Below, one piece after another: positions 61,801-64,000 of a stretch of DNA of 64,000 nt. Position 1 is the stretch's first letter; the number at the start of each line of letters is the position of its first letter. The notes under the pieces are model-generated. The model did no database searches. It had not been told where the DNA came from and saw only the letters and a program-made list of their open reading frames with translations. Source of the stretch: an uncultured Myxococcia bacterium (lineage in GTDB: Bacteria > CAZTWC01); NCBI GenBank assembly GCA_964617105.1, contig CAZTWC010000001.1:1-64000 (forward strand), in the 5' to 3' direction. The position numbers and the translations under genes were made by a program.

Positions 61801-64000
61801 AAAAGCAAGGTATTATCCAAAGTTACCCCAAGTTCTTTTTCCAACTCTTTCACCATATCAACCGCGGTAAGCGAATTTATTCCCAGGTTGAACAGGGGGA
61901 CATCAGCATCGATTTGATCTGGCGTCAGGTCTAAAGCATCGGCCAGCATCTGGCGCACCAGATCCTCTATGCTGCCTGAGGAGATCAATTTATCCTTTTG
62001 GACCGCCAACTCACCGGAACTGGTATCTACAACCAGCTCTGAAGTTTTTTTAACCAATGGCGGTGAGAGAGCCGGAGAGGAAAAGGTGGAGCCCTCAGTG
62101 GATACTGCAGGAGATGAGGGTGGACCAACAGTGGAAATGATATCATCCTGCAGGAAAGATGAAGCAGGATCTTCCTTAAGGTCTCGGGGATCCAGGGCCA
62201 GGCTCAGCCAATGACCGCTGGCCAAAGCCAGAGGCAAACACTGAACTGCATCCTGGGGCAATAAAGGATGAATATTAAAAATCTCTTTCACTTTACTCTC
62301 ATCCATGGTGGCGATCATGCCTACCTTTTGCCACAGAGACCAGGCCAGGGAGAACCAGGGTTTTCCCTGGCTTTTTTTCCGGCCGGCAAAGATGTTCAAA
62401 AAAGCATTGGCTGCCCCATAGTCGGCCATCCCCTTTGAAAACCTGGCAGATAATTGAGTAAAGGCGCCTGAAATGGAAGATATCAAGAGCACGAAACCAT
62501 AATCTCTATTGGTAAGGGCTGCCTCCAGGTTCAAAGTTCCCAACACTTTTGGCTTAATAACCTTCTCTATTTCTGAAAGATCTTTTTTCAGCAAAGATCC
62601 GGCAGAGATAAGGCCTGCGCCCTGAAAAACACCCTGAATTTTGCCATACTTTTGAAAAAGTTTAGCTATCAGTCCCTGTAAAGCCTGAAAATCGAGAATA
62701 TCTACTTGAAAATACTCTGGCTGGGCACCCAGTTTCTGCAACTCTTCTAAATTGGCTCCCATCTCTTCTGCTGATCGCCGTCCAGTGAGGATAAGCACCG
62801 GATTATCAACCTGGCGGGCCAGATATTTGGCCAGGTAAAAACCGACTCCGCCGCTGCCGCCGAGAATCAGATATACTGACTTGGGAGAGGTTTGAAAAAA
62901 GTCACTCTGCCCAGTTCCAATTGGTAAAGATGTAACAACCGGTGTCAGATTACCGCTGTCCCTAATTGCTGCCGGTGCAAAAGAACGATTTTTTAGGCCT
63001 TCCTTTATCTGAACAGCCGCTTTTTCCAGTTGCAACTCTTCCCAGTTCACCTCCAGGTCGATCACCTGGCCGGTNNNNNNNNNNNNNNNNNNNNNNNNNN
63101 NNNNNNNNNNNNNNNNNNNNNNNNNNNNNNNNNNNNNNNNNNNNNNNNNNNNNNNNNNNNNNNNNNNNNNNNNNCCTGGCCGGTGATACAACTATTGGCA
63201 GTGACAATATGCAGCGGCGCCTTTAGTTGGGCTGATATAACCCCTTTTAAAAATGAGCGCAGCCGGGAAATATCCTCCGTCAACTGGGAATAATCCTGAT
63301 CTGAAGAGGAAAATTTCATGGGCCCAAAATTGCCCAGATAAATAACTCCCGCAATTTTCAATGGGCCCAGAGAGCTTATTAACCATCTGAAATGATCACT
63401 GTTTTTCGGATCCAGAATAAAAGTATACTCTGAATCACGAATAAAGGCATCGCCCTGAAACAGGGCAAAAACCTCTCTATGAGGATGGCCATCCCCTTTT
63501 ATCTGATGGGCCAATACCTGGGCGAGACCCTGCTGATCTGCCATAATTAGCCAGGCCCCCTCTGAAAAAGAGCCTGAAGATGATTCTGGTGCTGCTTGCC
63601 ACTCTATCTGGTGCAGTAAACTCTGGATCCGCTCCTCTCCTGATGGAGATTTCTGAGTACTCAAAAATTCCTGGCCGCCAATCTGGATGCCCTCCCCTTG
63701 AGCCTCTTCTGCCAACATTAAGTCCTCATCCTGTAAAAATTCGGTTTTATACTGACGACCCAAAAAAGGGATTGAAGGGATTGAAAAAGAGTTTATGGGT
63801 TGGGAAGGTAAAATCGGGGTCCAGTTCAGGTTGAAGCCCTGGGTCCACAAACTGCCCAGCACGCTTAAAAATTGCTTAAGTTGCTCCGCCTGAACCTTTG
63901 CCTCCCTGACCGCTGGCTCCTCTTGAGCAGAGGACCCGGGTGCCCGGCTTAGAAAAAAACTTCTATTTCTATCTTTGCCTGATAACAGGGATCTGCACAG
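55836..64000 (-). CDS. Hybrid PKS-NRPS megasynthase, 5'-partial: post-AT linker, structural KR, KR, ACP, C, A, PCP, C, reductase-like terminal domain; interrupted by a 100-N gap
   Basis: Frame open from 64000 (LGSLWTQG..W..IPSIPF); KR GGSGGVG/DYGAAN; ACP LGINSL; C HHIVADA and HHIIGDG; A YTSGTTGKPK, YGSTE, YKTGD, QVKIRGNRVEL; PCP LGGDSI. Confidence 0.92.

Noticed and set aside
62962-63862. Separate ORFs 55836-63191 and 63062-63862
   Set aside because: The split coincides with a 100-N gap flanked by CCTGGCCGGT on both sides, and both parts belong to one KR region, so I treat them as one gene

Overview
Bacterial chromosomal window from a draft assembly, with N-gaps at 4727-4736, 44784-44793 and 63075-63174. 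The gene content is deltaproteobacterial/Myxococcota-like (DUF4398/OmpA lipoproteins, Cys-rich lipoproteins, giant TPR protein, PilZ, CFI-box/beta-barrel protein), while the DNA looks fairly AT-rich by eye. Housekeeping genes include ald, mce, hflX, truA, ahcY, purC, rlmH, rsfS and a trmJ-like gene. Notable parts: (1) an orphan array of four short flagellins, a duplicated A-B pair with sigma28-like promoters and stacked CsrA-type GGA hairpins, plus a fifth, truncated flagellin at the left edge; (2) the 3' part of a PKS-NRPS megasynthase (KR-ACP-C-A-PCP-C) that ends in an acyl-ACP-reductase-like domain rather than TE or SDR, has an A domain lacking the conserved Asp, and is coupled to an MMPL transporter; (3) a one-ORF FN3/CFI-box plus internal-signal-peptide plus beta-barrel protein; (4) an ATA-initiated hflX and a 52-codon deletion remnant of a 2-hydroxyacyl-CoA dehydratase. 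No rRNA, tRNA, CRISPR array or intact mobile element was recognised. All calls are from motif recognition by eye, with no database search.
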